From assembly GCA_964442455.1 (NCBI GenBank), contig CAYTZB010000004.1, positions 7,425-71,424 of the forward strand: a stretch of 64,000 bases of DNA, written 5' to 3'. Each line of letters opens with the position of its first letter. Within the stretch, counting starts at the first letter, position 1. Below the pieces are notes generated by a model. The model was not told the origin of the DNA. It did not search any database and worked only from the letters and a program-made list of their open reading frames with translations. A program made the position numbers and the translations under genes. Source of the stretch: an uncultured Gammaproteobacteria bacterium (GTDB lineage Bacteria > Patescibacteriota > Microgenomatia > UBA8517 > JACQJR01). Positions 47,200 through 56,973 of the stretch are shown here, one piece after another.

Positions 47200-47634
47200 T
47201 TATTTGCTTTCTGTCTGCAGTCTACCGACTACAGCCTCAGCTGGCTTAGGTGAATTAGCATCTTTCCTCGCTGTAGGCTGTGGTTTTTCAGCAGTAGACT
47301 CACCCTCCTTTGTCTCCAAAACTACCCTTATATGACTTGTCCTCTTTAAAATTGGTTGGGGCCTCCCTACAGAACCGGCTCTCCCTCGCTTGAGACGAGG
47401 CCCCTCATTAATCTGGATTTCTTTTATCATTAAAGGGGTACTCACTCCTCGGCTGCGAGCATTTGCGAGTGCTTGTTTTATCGTTTTGAGCAGTGGTAAT
47501 GCTGCTTGCTTTCTAACAAAAGAAAGGGTAGTAAGTAATTTATCCGGATCTTCTATGCCCTTTATAGCACGTGCAACTACCCTCAATTTGAGAGGACTCA
47601 TTCGTAAATATCGTTGTTCAGCTTTGATTAACAT
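47200..47634 (-). CDS. rplV: 50S ribosomal protein L22 with a ~30-aa C-terminal extension
   Basis: It belongs to the L22 family. Confidence 0.9.
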   Translation of the reverse strand: MLIKAEQRYLRMSPLKLRVVARAIKGIEDPDKLLTTLSFVRKQAALPLLKTIKQALANARSRGVSTPLMIKEIQINEGPRLKRGRAGSVGRPQPILKRTSHIRVVLETKEGESTAEKPQPTARKDANSPKPAEAVVGRLQTESK

Positions 47635-47700
47635 TGTTTATAAAAGCTAACTAGAGAATCGCTAACTAGTTAACTGGTCAACTAATCTCTAGTCAACTCA
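47635..47700. repeat. family-D palindromic spacer element (aactagttaactggtcaactaatc) between rplV and rpsS; a related copy lies at 51318-51365
   Basis: Inverted repeats built around ctagttaac / ttgactag are visible by eye. Confidence 0.35.
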
Positions 47701-47985
47701 TTACGTCTTCTCAATAGTCCTTTTTACAACTTGTCCATGCCCTCTAAATGTTCGAGTAGGAGAGAATTCACCCAGTCTGTGTCCTACCATATCCTCGTTT
47801 ACAAACACCTCAATAAAGGTTCGGCCGTTGTGTACCGAAAATCGATGGCCTACAAATTCAGGCGGGATTTGACTATCTCGTGCCCACGTCTTAATCGGTT
47901 CATGCTTATCATCCGACTTTTGAGCCATGACTTTTTTGAGCAGTTTTTGGTCAATGTATGGTCCTTTTTTACTTGAACGACTCAT
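47701..47985 (-). CDS. rpsS: 30S ribosomal protein S19 (start at [12 protein letters not shown])
   Basis: It belongs to the S19 family. The ORF-track N-extension would overlap rplB and is discounted. Confidence 0.9.
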   Translation of the reverse strand: MSRSSKKGPYIDQKLLKKVMAQKSDDKHEPIKTWARDSQIPPEFVGHRFSVHNGRTFIEVFVNEDMVGHRLGEFSPTRTFRGHGQVVKRTIEKT

Positions 47986-48031
47986 ATCTTGCACTGGAGG
48001 CAAACCTACGGTTTTCCTCCAACTCCTTTCC

Positions 48032-48766
48032 CTATTTCTTTCTTCTTTTGACAATATACTTATCCGAATACTTTCCCTTCTTTCGTGTCCTCACGCCTCG
48101 GGCGGGTTTACCCCAGGGAGTTTTGGGTGGCATCCCCTCACCTGAACGACCCTCTCCACCACCATGTGGATGGGCTGCTGGATGCATGGCAACACCGCGA
48201 ACAGTTGGACGGATCCCCCTCCAGCGTTTTTGACCGGCTTTCTTCAATTTTTCCGTTTTATGTTCAATTCTTCCTACTTGACCGACTGTTGCGTATGCTT
48301 CTCCCACCACTTTCCGAATTTCCCCAGAGGGCAGTTTAAGCGTCACTACTCCGTCTTCTTTTCCTTGGACGACTGCTGCCGCGCCTGCACTGCGTATGAG
48401 TTGCCCTCCCTTTCCGGGCCGCAATTCTACACTATGTACCATCGTTCCAACCGGAATTCGAAACAGAGGAAGCGCATTGCCGGGAGAGAGGGGTGCATCC
48501 TCTCCTGCCATTACCGCATCCCCTCTTTTAAGTCCCTTGGGCGCAAGCAGGTAACGACGCTCTCCGTCAGGGTATACCACAAGGGCAACCTCAGCACTCC
48601 TGCCCGGGTCGTATTCAATTGCTTCTACCCGACCTGGCAATCCCCGTTTATCGCGCTTAAAGTCAATTTCTCGCAGGAAGCGTTTTTGCCGACCACCTTG
48701 GTGTCGTACGGAAATCCGCCCCTTTGACCTGCCTCCCTTCTTTGGTAAAATCTTCTTCAGTTTCAT
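48032..48766 (-). CDS. rplB: 50S ribosomal protein L2 (start at [12 protein letters not shown])
   Basis: It belongs to the L2 family with conserved histidine region GGGEGR. Confidence 0.9.
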   Translation of the reverse strand: MKLKKILPKKGGRSKGRISVRHQGGRQKRFLREIDFKRDKRGLPGRVEAIEYDPGRSAEVALVVYPDGERRYLLAPKGLKRGDAVMAGEDAPLSPGNALPLFRIPVGTMVHSVELRPGKGGQLIRSAGAAAVVQGKEDGVVTLKLPSGEIRKVVGEAYATVGQVGRIEHKTEKLKKAGQKRWRGIRPTVRGVAMHPAAHPHGGGEGRSGEGMPPKTPWGKPARGVRTRKKGKYSDKYIVKRRKK

Positions 48767-48776
48767 ACTCAATACT

Positions 48777-49082
48777 TTATACTTTCCTTTTTCCTCCTTT
48801 TTTCTCTGTTGCAAAAAGATCAATTGTCTGTCCTTTCTCCAACTCCACAATTGCCTTCTTTATATCAGAGAGTTTTTTTACAAGACGCCGCCCCCCAAAT
48901 CGCCGGGTTTTTCCAGAAATTTTAACTGTCTTGACACCTTTTACCTTTACGCCAAAGGCGTTCTCGACTACATGAGTAATTTGGTTTTTGTTTGCACTGG
49001 CTACAACCTCAAAGGTAAACTTACCAGCCTCTGCGTCCTTTTTTGATTTCTCAGTTATCAACGGTCTTAAAAGTATGCTCAT
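48777..49082 (-). CDS. rplW: 50S ribosomal protein L23
   Basis: It belongs to the L23 family. Its ATG overlaps the rplD stop (ATGA). Confidence 0.85.
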   Translation of the reverse strand: MSILLRPLITEKSKKDAEAGKFTFEVVASANKNQITHVVENAFGVKVKGVKTVKISGKTRRFGGRRLVKKLSDIKKAIVELEKGQTIDLFATEKKGGKRKV

Positions 49083-49789
49083 ATTTTCTTTACTCTCTCT
49101 TTAATGACATCCTCCCCACTTTTCAAAGCTGGGTTTCCTCGCGCCGCCGGCATAGCCTTTGGCGACGCACGGCTAAGGGAGGCTTTCATCAATTCCAACC
49201 CAGCTATTGTCAAAACCACATTTGGGTGGTTAATCACCTCATATGCATTCACGTCGCTGGCAGGCAGTAAAGTTATTCCTGCTATGTTACGAGCACCTTG
49301 TACAAACGCTTTTTCTCCGCCGTGAAGAATCAACAGTCGCTCGCTTTCTAAACCAAGCTTTTTAAGTAACCCGACAATTGATTTTGTTTTTCCATCTATC
49401 TCTTTTGGGTCAATAAAGAATAGCTTATTCTCATCCAACCGTCTTGATAGCGCAACAGCAAGTGCCGCTCTTATAAACTTTTGTGGCAAGTGTCGCTTCC
49501 TCTTTGCCCCGACTGGACCATGAACCACACCTCCGCCAACAAATATCGGGGCTTTTTTCATTCCGTGACGAGCACGACCGGTCCCTTTCTGACGGTATAT
49601 TTTTGCAGTACTCCCCGCTACTTCCCCTCGCGTTTTCGCCTTATGGGTACCAGTATGAGCTCTCGTCTGATAGACATAGTAAGCTTGGCTCAGCAGCCTA
49701 TCATTCGGTTTTTGCCCAAAAAGCTCGTCTGGAAGAGAAATTTTCCCAGTACTCTTCCCTATTGGTGTGTAAACAGCAACTTGTTTCAT
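49079..49789 (-). CDS. rplD: 50S ribosomal protein L4 with a ~30-aa C-terminal extension that contains a copy of the dtd-type GC-rich element
   Basis: The L4 family core is intact. The tail RASPKAMPAARGNPALKSGEDVI is encoded by 49103-49185. Confidence 0.9.
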   Translation of the reverse strand: MKQVAVYTPIGKSTGKISLPDELFGQKPNDRLLSQAYYVYQTRAHTGTHKAKTRGEVAGSTAKIYRQKGTGRARHGMKKAPIFVGGGVVHGPVGAKRKRHLPQKFIRAALAVALSRRLDENKLFFIDPKEIDGKTKSIVGLLKKLGLESERLLILHGGEKAFVQGARNIAGITLLPASDVNAYEVINHPNVVLTIAGLELMKASLSRASPKAMPAARGNPALKSGEDVIKERVKKI

Positions 49790-50631
49790 TGACTTTGCGC
49801 CCTTTCGGTGTTCTGCTCACTCGGCACTCTCTCTGCGTTCTGCTCTTTGCCTTCTTCATTCTCTTTATCCTCTTCCGAGAGCTTAATGGATGGGAGTTCT
49901 TCCGGATGAATCTCTTCTCCTCTTGTTACCAGTGGCGAGAATTTTTCATTTTTTCCGATTTTTTCTATAGAGAGAAGTCCCCCAGGATTTCCGGGAACAA
50001 GGCCAGAGAGTTTCACTTCCCCATCTTTGCCAATCTCAAGCACAGTAAGATTGCGTACGGTTGCTGTTTCTGCCCCCATTCTTCCTGCCATTTTCTTTCC
50101 TCTCAAGACGCGACCCGGGGTAGTTGTTGCACCAATCGAACCAGGGGCACGCTCACGGTCTGATTGTCCGTGGGTTCGTGGTCCCCCGGCAAAATGCCAT
50201 CTCTTGACAACTCCCGCAAACCCTTTTCCTTTGGAGATACCGGTTACTTTTACTAAATCGCCAGGGGAGAGCACATCCGAAGCTTTTATGATATCTCCTA
50301 TTTTTGGTTGTTGTTTGTTGGTTGTTGTTTGTTGGATTTTTACTTCTCTTAAGAATCTTGGGAGCTTTGTGTTTTTTCCAGTCTTGAGTTTTTGAAGATG
50401 CCCTCGCATTGGCTTTGTAATATTCTTAATTTTTCTTTCTTCAAATCCAAGTTGCAAAGCTTCATAACCGTCCTTTTCTTGCGTTTTTATTTGCGTCACC
50501 ACGACAGGTCCGGCCTGTATAATAGTGATGGGTACTCTTTTACCGTCCTCTGTCCAAGCCTGTATCATTCTCTTTTTTGTTGCTAAAATGGTATTAATCA
50601 TACCCTCTCCGGTTATCTCTAATTCCCACAA
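49786..50631 (-). CDS. rplC: 50S ribosomal protein L3 with an internal Q/T-rich tandem-repeat insertion and an acidic ~40-aa C-terminal tail (start likely 50601, MINTIL)
   Basis: The L3 family core is intact. The DNA repeat ggttgttgtttgtt occurs twice at 50306-50333. Confidence 0.9.
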   Translation of the reverse strand: MWELEITGEGMINTILATKKRMIQAWTEDGKRVPITIIQAGPVVVTQIKTQEKDGYEALQLGFEERKIKNITKPMRGHLQKLKTGKNTKLPRFLREVKIQQTTTNKQQPKIGDIIKASDVLSPGDLVKVTGISKGKGFAGVVKRWHFAGGPRTHGQSDRERAPGSIGATTTPGRVLRGKKMAGRMGAETATVRNLTVLEIGKDGEVKLSGLVPGNPGGLLSIEKIGKNEKFSPLVTRGEEIHPEELPSIKLSEEDKENEEGKEQNAERVPSEQNTERAQSQ

Positions 50632-51008
50632 AAATGAGCGCCGAAGCGCCCAAACACCTTACGCGTTTCGGTCAATACCTATGAAGGCCGAAACCTCACC
50701 TCCATCGTGGAACAGTATATCAAATACACAATAGATACGCAAGGGGAAAGACGAGGTTTTACTTTTTCTTAACTCTCCAGAGTTTGAGGTAGAGGATGTC
50801 AAGCACTCCGACCGTATTTAAAATAAGAAGTGCCACAAACCAATTCCGCTGATTATTGCGTGCGGCATGCCAGAGAGCTAACCCTTTCCAAACTATGCTC
50901 CACACTGTAATAACAAGGAGAATAAGAGGATGCAATCGGGATAAGTTTAAGATTAAACCCAACAGCTCCATATACCTCTCAAGTATACCATGCTTAAATG
51001 GAAGAACA

Positions 51009-51317
51009 TTACATTTTTATCTCTACGGAAACTCCTGCAGGGAGGTCGAGGTTTGAAAGAGAGTCGATGGTTCGAGAGGTAGGCTCTAAGATATCAATCA
51101 AGCGCTTGTGTGTTAAGATTTCGAAGTGCTCGCGCGCATCTTTATCAACATGAGGAGAGGTGGTAACTACAACAACCTTTCTATCAGTCGGCAGAGGGGT
51201 TGGGCCGGACACAGACGCACCAGTTGCTAAAGCGGCCTCGACAATTTTTGAGGCTGCCTCATCGATTACTCGGTGATCAAAAGATTTCAATCGTACACGA
51301 ATTCTTCCTGCTGGCAT
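51009..51317 (-). CDS. rpsJ: 30S ribosomal protein S10
   Basis: It belongs to the S10 family at 102 aa. Confidence 0.95.
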   Translation of the reverse strand: MPAGRIRVRLKSFDHRVIDEAASKIVEAALATGASVSGPTPLPTDRKVVVVTTSPHVDKDAREHFEILTHKRLIDILEPTSRTIDSLSNLDLPAGVSVEIKM

Positions 51318-51552
51318 GATGTTAAGTTAATCAGCTAACCAGTTGACTAGTTAATTAAGCTAATTTGGAATTATACGGGGAAATAGAATAGAAAGCAAGA
51401 TCAATTATTTGAAAAGGGAACTTTTGAGAATGGATTATGACGAATAGTTAAAGAAGAGACAACCCTCGTTCCTCTTTTTACCACAAGACGAAGATCACCA
51501 CTGCCCATATTTATCCCTGACTCAACAAAAATTGGTCCACCCAATAAACGGG

Positions 51553-52755
51553 CTATGCCACTATTTTTGAAATAACACCTGCGCCGACGGTTTTTCCACC
51601 TTCGCGGATAGCAAAACGCAAGCCCTCCTCAGCGGCAACTGGTTGAATGAGCTTAACACCCATCTTCGCATTATCCCCAGGCATAACCATTTCAACGCCT
51701 TCAGGGAGTGTTACGTCACCAGTCACATCAGTTGTCCTAATATAGAACTGAGGCTTATAGCCTGAGAAGAACGGCGTGTGTCGTCCACCCTCCTCCTTGG
51801 TCAAAATATACACCTCGGCTTCAAACTCCGTATGAGGAGTAATGGTTCCTGGTTTGGCGAGTACTTGACCGCGCTCAACATCTTCCTTTTCAATACCCCG
51901 AAGCAAAATTCCCACATTGTCTCCTGCTTGTCCCTCATCAAGAGTCTTTCGGAACATTTCAACACCCGTAACTATTGTTTTCTTTGCATCGCGCCTAATA
52001 CCTACAATTTCAATTTCTTCTCCCGTCTTTACCTTTCCTCGCTCAATTCGACCAGTAACTACTGTTCCCCGACCTTTAATCGCGAACACATCCTCAATTG
52101 GCATTAAGAATGGTTTATCAATATCCCTCTCAGGAGTTGGGATAAACTCATCAACTGCCTTCACGAGTTCTAAAATCTGCTTTTCCGCCTCGGCATCACC
52201 CTCGTACGCTTTCAATGCTGAACCTCGGATAATTGGGGTTTCTTTGCCTGGATATTGATATTTATTTAAAAGCTCTCGTACCTCTTCCTCAACCAAGTCA
52301 ATAAGCCCTGGATCATCAACCATATCAACCTTGTTCAAGAAAACAACCAAGGCCGGAACGTTAACTTGGCGGGCCAAAAGAACGTGCTCTCGTGTTTGGG
52401 GCATTGGACCGTCTGCTGCTGAAACGACAAGAATAGCACCATCCATTTGTGCAGCACCGGTAATCATGTTTTTTATATAGTCAGCATGCCCAGGAGCATC
52501 AATGTGGGCATAATGGCGCTTTTCTGTTTCGTATTCAACATGTGTAATGTTAATCGTTACTCCTCGAGCCTTCTCTTCAGGGGCATTATCGATGTCAGTG
52601 AAATCAAGAGCCTTAGTAGCACTTCCCGGTTGCTTTGAGAGCACTTTGGTAATCGCAGCCGTTAAGGTTGTTTTTCCGTGGTCCACGTGACCAATTGTCC
52701 CAATGTTAATGTGGGGCTTGGTCCGCTCGAATTTCTTTTTTGCTTCTTCAGCCAT
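51553..52755 (-). CDS. tuf: elongation factor Tu
   Basis: [14 protein letters not shown] and NKxD motifs are present. Length is 400 aa. Confidence 0.97.
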   Translation of the reverse strand: MAEEAKKKFERTKPHINIGTIGHVDHGKTTLTAAITKVLSKQPGSATKALDFTDIDNAPEEKARGVTINITHVEYETEKRHYAHIDAPGHADYIKNMITGAAQMDGAILVVSAADGPMPQTREHVLLARQVNVPALVVFLNKVDMVDDPGLIDLVEEEVRELLNKYQYPGKETPIIRGSALKAYEGDAEAEKQILELVKAVDEFIPTPERDIDKPFLMPIEDVFAIKGRGTVVTGRIERGKVKTGEEIEIVGIRRDAKKTIVTGVEMFRKTLDEGQAGDNVGILLRGIEKEDVERGQVLAKPGTITPHTEFEAEVYILTKEEGGRHTPFFSGYKPQFYIRTTDVTGDVTLPEGVEMVMPGDNAKMGVKLIQPVAAEEGLRFAIREGGKTVGAGVISKIVA

Positions 52756-52805
52756 ATAAGTCTATATTACAACAAACAAGGGCGTTTATGCCCTCTGTGC
52801 TACGT

Positions 52806-52835
52806 ATTATACGAAGCAGCCTAAGTTCATGTCAA
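52806..52835 (-). promoter_or_regulatory. candidate tuf promoter read on the minus strand: TTGACA (52830-52835), 18 nt, TATAAT (52806-52811)
   Basis: Both hexamers match consensus exactly. It is preceded by an 8-bp-stem hairpin at 52836-52869. Confidence 0.45.
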
Positions 52836-52947
52836 GAGGTAACATGTTTTTCCCATTGTTTGTTACCTCGCACCCAACGAACAATCTTGGCACGAGGCGT
52901 GTATGAATAATACTGAAAAGCCGAGTGCGAAGATAAGGTGGGAAGTA

Positions 52948-55092
52948 TTAACTTTTCTTTGCTGCAATTATTTTCTCGGTAATGTTTGCGGGAACTTCCT
53001 GATAGTGAGAAGGTTCAACATAGGCATTCGCACGTCCTTGCGTCAATGAACGAAGTGTTGTGGTATACCCTGAAACTTCAGCAAGTGGGACGTATCCAAG
53101 AATCACTCGATAATGTCCTCGTGTTTCCGTTCCTACGATTTGTGCTCGCCGAGATGATAAATCGCCAATAACATCTCCTAAAAACTGTTCTGGTGTCGTT
53201 ACTTCAAACTTCATAATCGGCTCGAGTAACACCATCCCCGCTCGCTTTGTTGCATCTTGAACTGCCATTGAACCTGCGATTTTGAATGCAATTTCCGATG
53301 AGTCAACTTCGTGGTAGGTACCATCATACACGGACACTGAAAGATCAGTCACCGGATAGCCAGCAAGAATTCCATTTGAGAGTGCCTCTTGTACGCCTTT
53401 ACCAATTGCCGGAATAAACTCACCTGGAATTGCCCCACCTTTTATTTTATTAATAAACTCGTACCCCTCACCTCTACCTTTGGGTTCCACCCGCACAAAA
53501 CAGTGACCGTATTGTCCATGACCACCGGTTTGACGAATATACCTTCCCTCCCCCTCTGCCACTTTGGTTACTGTTTCTTTATATGCAACCTGTGGTGCAC
53601 CAGTTGTCGCGTCAACGCTAAACTCCCGTCGCATTCTGTCAACCAAAATTTCAAGGTGAAGCTCTCCCATTCCAGAGATAATCGTTTGACCTGTTTCCTG
53701 ATTGGTTTTTATCCTGAACGTCGGGTCTTCCTCGGAAAGCTTACCGAGTGCTTCTCCTAATTTTTCCTGATCTGCTTTCGTCTTTGGTTCAATGGCAAGC
53801 GATATAACCGGCTCAGGAAAGGAGATTGATTCAAGCACAATCGGATGAGCAGAATCAGTTACCGTATCGCCGGTAACCGTCTCCCGAAATCCCACTCCAG
53901 CAACAATCTCGCCACTATACGCTTCTTCAATAAGTTCTCGTTGATTTGCATGCATTAAAACCAGCCGCCCCACTCGTTCTCGTCTATTTTTTGTGGTGTT
54001 GAATACTTCCTGTCCTGCGCGCAATTTTCCCGAATAAATTCGAAGCCACACCAGTCGTCCAACATGAGGGTCGGTCTGCACCTTAAAAGCAAGTGCCGAG
54101 AGAGGTTCTTCATTCCCCACTGCGCGAGTCTCTTCTTGCCCGTTCCATACTCCTTTAACTGGGGGAAGATCAATTGGCGAAGGGAGATATTCAACAACTG
54201 CATCCAAAAGCGGTTGTACTCCCTTGTTGCGCAGTGATGAACCACAAAAGGTAGGAAAGAGTTCGGTTTTAATCGTAGCCTTCCTGAGTGCAGTTTTTAG
54301 TTCGGTAATATCTGGCTCAACCCCACCAACATACTTTTCAAGAAGCTGTTCATCAGTTTCTGATATAGCCTCAATCGTTTGGGAGCGGTATTTCTCAACC
54401 ATAGCTTTCAAATCTTCCGGTACTTCTTCTTCACGATAAGTACCTCCTGTTTCATCTCCTTCCCAAATAAGTGCTTTTCTCTCCAACACGAGGACAATCC
54501 CACGAAATTGTTGCTCGCTCCCAATAGGAACTGCAAGAACTACCGGTTTGCTACCCAAACGGTCACTAATTGCTGCAAGTGTTCCTTCGAAGTCTGCACC
54601 AAGTTTATCCATTTTGTTGATAAAAATGATGCGCGGCACATGATACTTATCAGCTTGTCGCCACACCGTTTCCGTCTGTGATTGTACTGTCTCTTCGGCA
54701 TCAAGCACGGTTATTCCGCCATCAAGAACCCGAAGTGAGCGTTCGACTTCAGCGGTAAAATCAACGTGTCCCGGAGTATCGATAATATTGACGCGATATT
54801 CACCCTTCGGAACACACGACTCCTGCTTTAATTCCCAAAAGGCGGTGATTGCAGCCGATACAATCGTAATTCCTCGCTCTCGCTCTTGCTCCATCCAGTC
54901 AGTAACGGTAGTTCCTTCATCAACTGATCCAAGTTTGTAGGTTCGTCCGGTATAAAAGAGGATTCGTTCTGTTGTCGTAGTTTTTCCCGCGTCAATGTGC
55001 GCAATAATTCCAATATTGCGGATTTTGTCGAGTGCAACCTCGCGATTCTTGGTAACAACTTGAGATAGTGATGCTTTCTGTCCTGTTGCCAT
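52948..55092 (-). CDS. fusA: elongation factor G
   Basis: The G-domain motifs (AHIDAGKTT), EF-G domains II-V and length of 714 aa all fit EF-G. Confidence 0.97.
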   Translation of the reverse strand: MATGQKASLSQVVTKNREVALDKIRNIGIIAHIDAGKTTTTERILFYTGRTYKLGSVDEGTTVTDWMEQERERGITIVSAAITAFWELKQESCVPKGEYRVNIIDTPGHVDFTAEVERSLRVLDGGITVLDAEETVQSQTETVWRQADKYHVPRIIFINKMDKLGADFEGTLAAISDRLGSKPVVLAVPIGSEQQFRGIVLVLERKALIWEGDETGGTYREEEVPEDLKAMVEKYRSQTIEAISETDEQLLEKYVGGVEPDITELKTALRKATIKTELFPTFCGSSLRNKGVQPLLDAVVEYLPSPIDLPPVKGVWNGQEETRAVGNEEPLSALAFKVQTDPHVGRLVWLRIYSGKLRAGQEVFNTTKNRRERVGRLVLMHANQRELIEEAYSGEIVAGVGFRETVTGDTVTDSAHPIVLESISFPEPVISLAIEPKTKADQEKLGEALGKLSEEDPTFRIKTNQETGQTIISGMGELHLEILVDRMRREFSVDATTGAPQVAYKETVTKVAEGEGRYIRQTGGHGQYGHCFVRVEPKGRGEGYEFINKIKGGAIPGEFIPAIGKGVQEALSNGILAGYPVTDLSVSVYDGTYHEVDSSEIAFKIAGSMAVQDATKRAGMVLLEPIMKFEVTTPEQFLGDVIGDLSSRRAQIVGTETRGHYRVILGYVPLAEVSGYTTTLRSLTQGRANAYVEPSHYQEVPANITEKIIAAKKS

Positions 55093-55184
55093 AAAAGCTA
55101 TTTTAAAATTCTGCCTATGGCCTCATTTTGAGGCCTACCGGCAGCTTGTATGAAGTGCTTTTGAAACCACTTCATAGACTTAAT

Positions 55185-55215
55185 GTAACACAAAAACGGA
55201 AGCGCTTTCGCTTCC
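55185..55215 (-). terminator. Rho-independent terminator (minus strand) downstream of the 175-aa ORF and upstream of fusA
   Basis: A perfect 7-bp stem GGAAGCG-aaa-CGCTTCC is followed on the minus strand by GTTTTTGTGTT. Confidence 0.45.
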
Positions 55216-55330
55216 TTAAACCTAATTTTACACGATAACCATAGATTATGCAACGAATGAATACAAGAGGAACTTACTGGTGGTTCACTTTGTGCTTACA
55301 CCTTAGAGGTGTAAGCTTGAAATATATTGA

Positions 55331-55858
55331 TTAGGCCATTAAATCTCTTACTGGAACTACTCTCTGATTCTCTGGATTTCCTTTTACTCTCTCAATGAAT
55401 TCAGCAGGAGTTAATGCTCTAATTCCTCGTAACTCTAAAAACTTCCTAGCACCTGGTAAATCAACAATTGCAAGTATGAGCTCTTCTATTGCTTTTTGGG
55501 GGATTCTTCCTTTGTCAAATGGGAGTAACCTATCCTGATTTAAGACAATTGTGGCATATGCCTCATCTTTTTTGTCTGCTGGGAAAATTATTGCTGCTTT
55601 GGAAAAAGAAGAAAGTTCTCCTTCTCCTACGAGCCAAAACTCAGCATCACGAGCTTCCATTATTCTCTGGGTCTCTTTTGCCAACGGTGTAAACGCATCC
55701 TGAGTCTCACTTTCTGCTAAAACATGGATTATCTCACTCGCATAATCGATAAGCAGCTGGATCATCTGATGTAGCTGTTCGACTCTACCAGGAGTTAGGG
55801 GAATACCAACTAATCCCCTCATTTTACCGTGTCTTATAGACAAAAATTCGTTTCCCAT
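55331..55858 (-). CDS. hypothetical protein (175 aa), island ORF D
   Basis: It is an intact ORF with no recognisable family, followed by a hairpin at 55294-55316 and the terminator. Confidence 0.45.
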   Translation of the reverse strand: MGNEFLSIRHGKMRGLVGIPLTPGRVEQLHQMIQLLIDYASEIIHVLAESETQDAFTPLAKETQRIMEARDAEFWLVGEGELSSFSKAAIIFPADKKDEAYATIVLNQDRLLPFDKGRIPQKAIEELILAIVDLPGARKFLELRGIRALTPAEFIERVKGNPENQRVVPVRDLMA

Positions 55859-55916
55859 TGTATAACTTATTCGAGATTATACACCCACCCTGGTTGCCAT
55901 TGCCAGGGAGAAGTAA

Positions 55917-56273
55917 CTACTTGTTGTAGAGGAATATTTTTAATCCAATGTTCGAGTCCATACTGTGTTGCGCTTTTAGTGGTTCCACCTCTTCCGGGGG
56001 ATGACGCGTTAAATCACCATAATCACACTCTCGAAGTCGTGCATCCTTAATTATGGGAATATTTCTTCCTTCAAAAGCAATTTTTGCGGTAGTATACGAT
56101 CTCTGTAGATCGGAGCAAAAGATAGCATCAAATTGTTCATTTTTATGCCGTTCACCTAGCTGCTTCGCTTGCTCTTTCCCAAGTTCTGATAACTCAACAT
56201 CAAAGTGCCCCGAAGAATGTTTGCTCTCGTTATCAAGCGACGTCGCGTGAGGTTCAAAAACTATAGTAACCAT
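55917..56273 (-). CDS. histidine-phosphatase-fold (SixA/PGAM-like) protein, truncated and degenerate (118 aa; PHA in place of RHG)
   Basis: The N-terminal beta-strand plus EPHATS aligns to the RHG motif, and CSDLQRSYTTAKI aligns to the SPLxRAxQTAxI block. The C-terminal half of the fold is missing. Confidence 0.4.
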   Translation of the reverse strand: MVTIVFEPHATSLDNESKHSSGHFDVELSELGKEQAKQLGERHKNEQFDAIFCSDLQRSYTTAKIAFEGRNIPIIKDARLRECDYGDLTRHPPEEVEPLKAQHSMDSNIGLKIFLYNK

Positions 56274-56523
56274 CAGAAGATTTTATCTGCTCTTCCATAA
56301 ATTTACCATAAATTCTTATGGTAAGTCGTTGAATAATTTGATAAAATAAGGTACGCCTGCCACATTGCAGGCTCTTTTTGCAAAGGGGCTTTCTTTGACA
56401 TTCTTGCACTGTGGCATTGAACAAGAGGGCTGCCTTTTAAACCTCTTGTTTTTTGTGGCAGGAAGCAAGAAATTGTTTTTATTAATAATTTTTTGAATTT
56501 ATTTGTTTCGATGTATCGATACA

Positions 56524-56928
56524 TTAAAACATAACTGTGGGATTGTTAAGTGTTACGCGGAAGTCACTTTTACCTACCCTCAGTCTCTCTAGATCATAGG
56601 GAAATCCAGATAGGGCGTAATACTCTTCACCTTGTTTGTTCACCTTTCTCCTTAATTCATGTAACACACGACGGCCATCATGAGTTGTAAGAATGGCTGA
56701 TGGAACAAAACCTTCTGTGCTTTGATCCACACGGAATAAGGCGAGGAGTACTTGTTGTTCTTGTTCTATCTCCTTTAACAACACACCATCTAACCTTCCA
56801 TCACTAATCAAATTTACTACTCCTTCGAAGACTAAACCATTTGTCTTGTCTTCAACGCGAATGACCCCTGAAAAAGTTGATGTAATCTCTTCTCTGTTCT
56901 TTGTCCCATTACCATTTTTTTCCCTCAT
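56524..56928 (-). CDS. hypothetical protein (134 aa), island ORF B
   Basis: It is an intact ORF. Its stop overlaps the start of a doubtful 73-aa ORF (TAATG). Confidence 0.4.
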   Translation of the reverse strand: MREKNGNGTKNREEITSTFSGVIRVEDKTNGLVFEGVVNLISDGRLDGVLLKEIEQEQQVLLALFRVDQSTEGFVPSAILTTHDGRRVLHELRRKVNKQGEEYYALSGFPYDLERLRVGKSDFRVTLNNPTVMF

Positions 56929-56973
56929 ATCTTACTCCTATCTCTTTTCTTTGCAATAGCTGGCTAAGAAACT

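Noticed and set aside
51318-51552. A tRNA or small gene in the 235-nt tuf-rpsJ spacer.
   Set aside because: No cloverleaf could be folded and no T-loop GTTCRANNC motif with flanking stems was found. Only a 35-aa random-looking ORF is present. The region is interpreted as promoter or leader.
56303-56524. 73-aa CDS inside the str-operon island.
   Set aside because: It has unusual composition and the region is dominated by perfect hairpins. It is more plausibly noncoding structured RNA, although coupling to the upstream ORF (TAATG) means translation cannot be fully excluded. It is reported as a finding instead.
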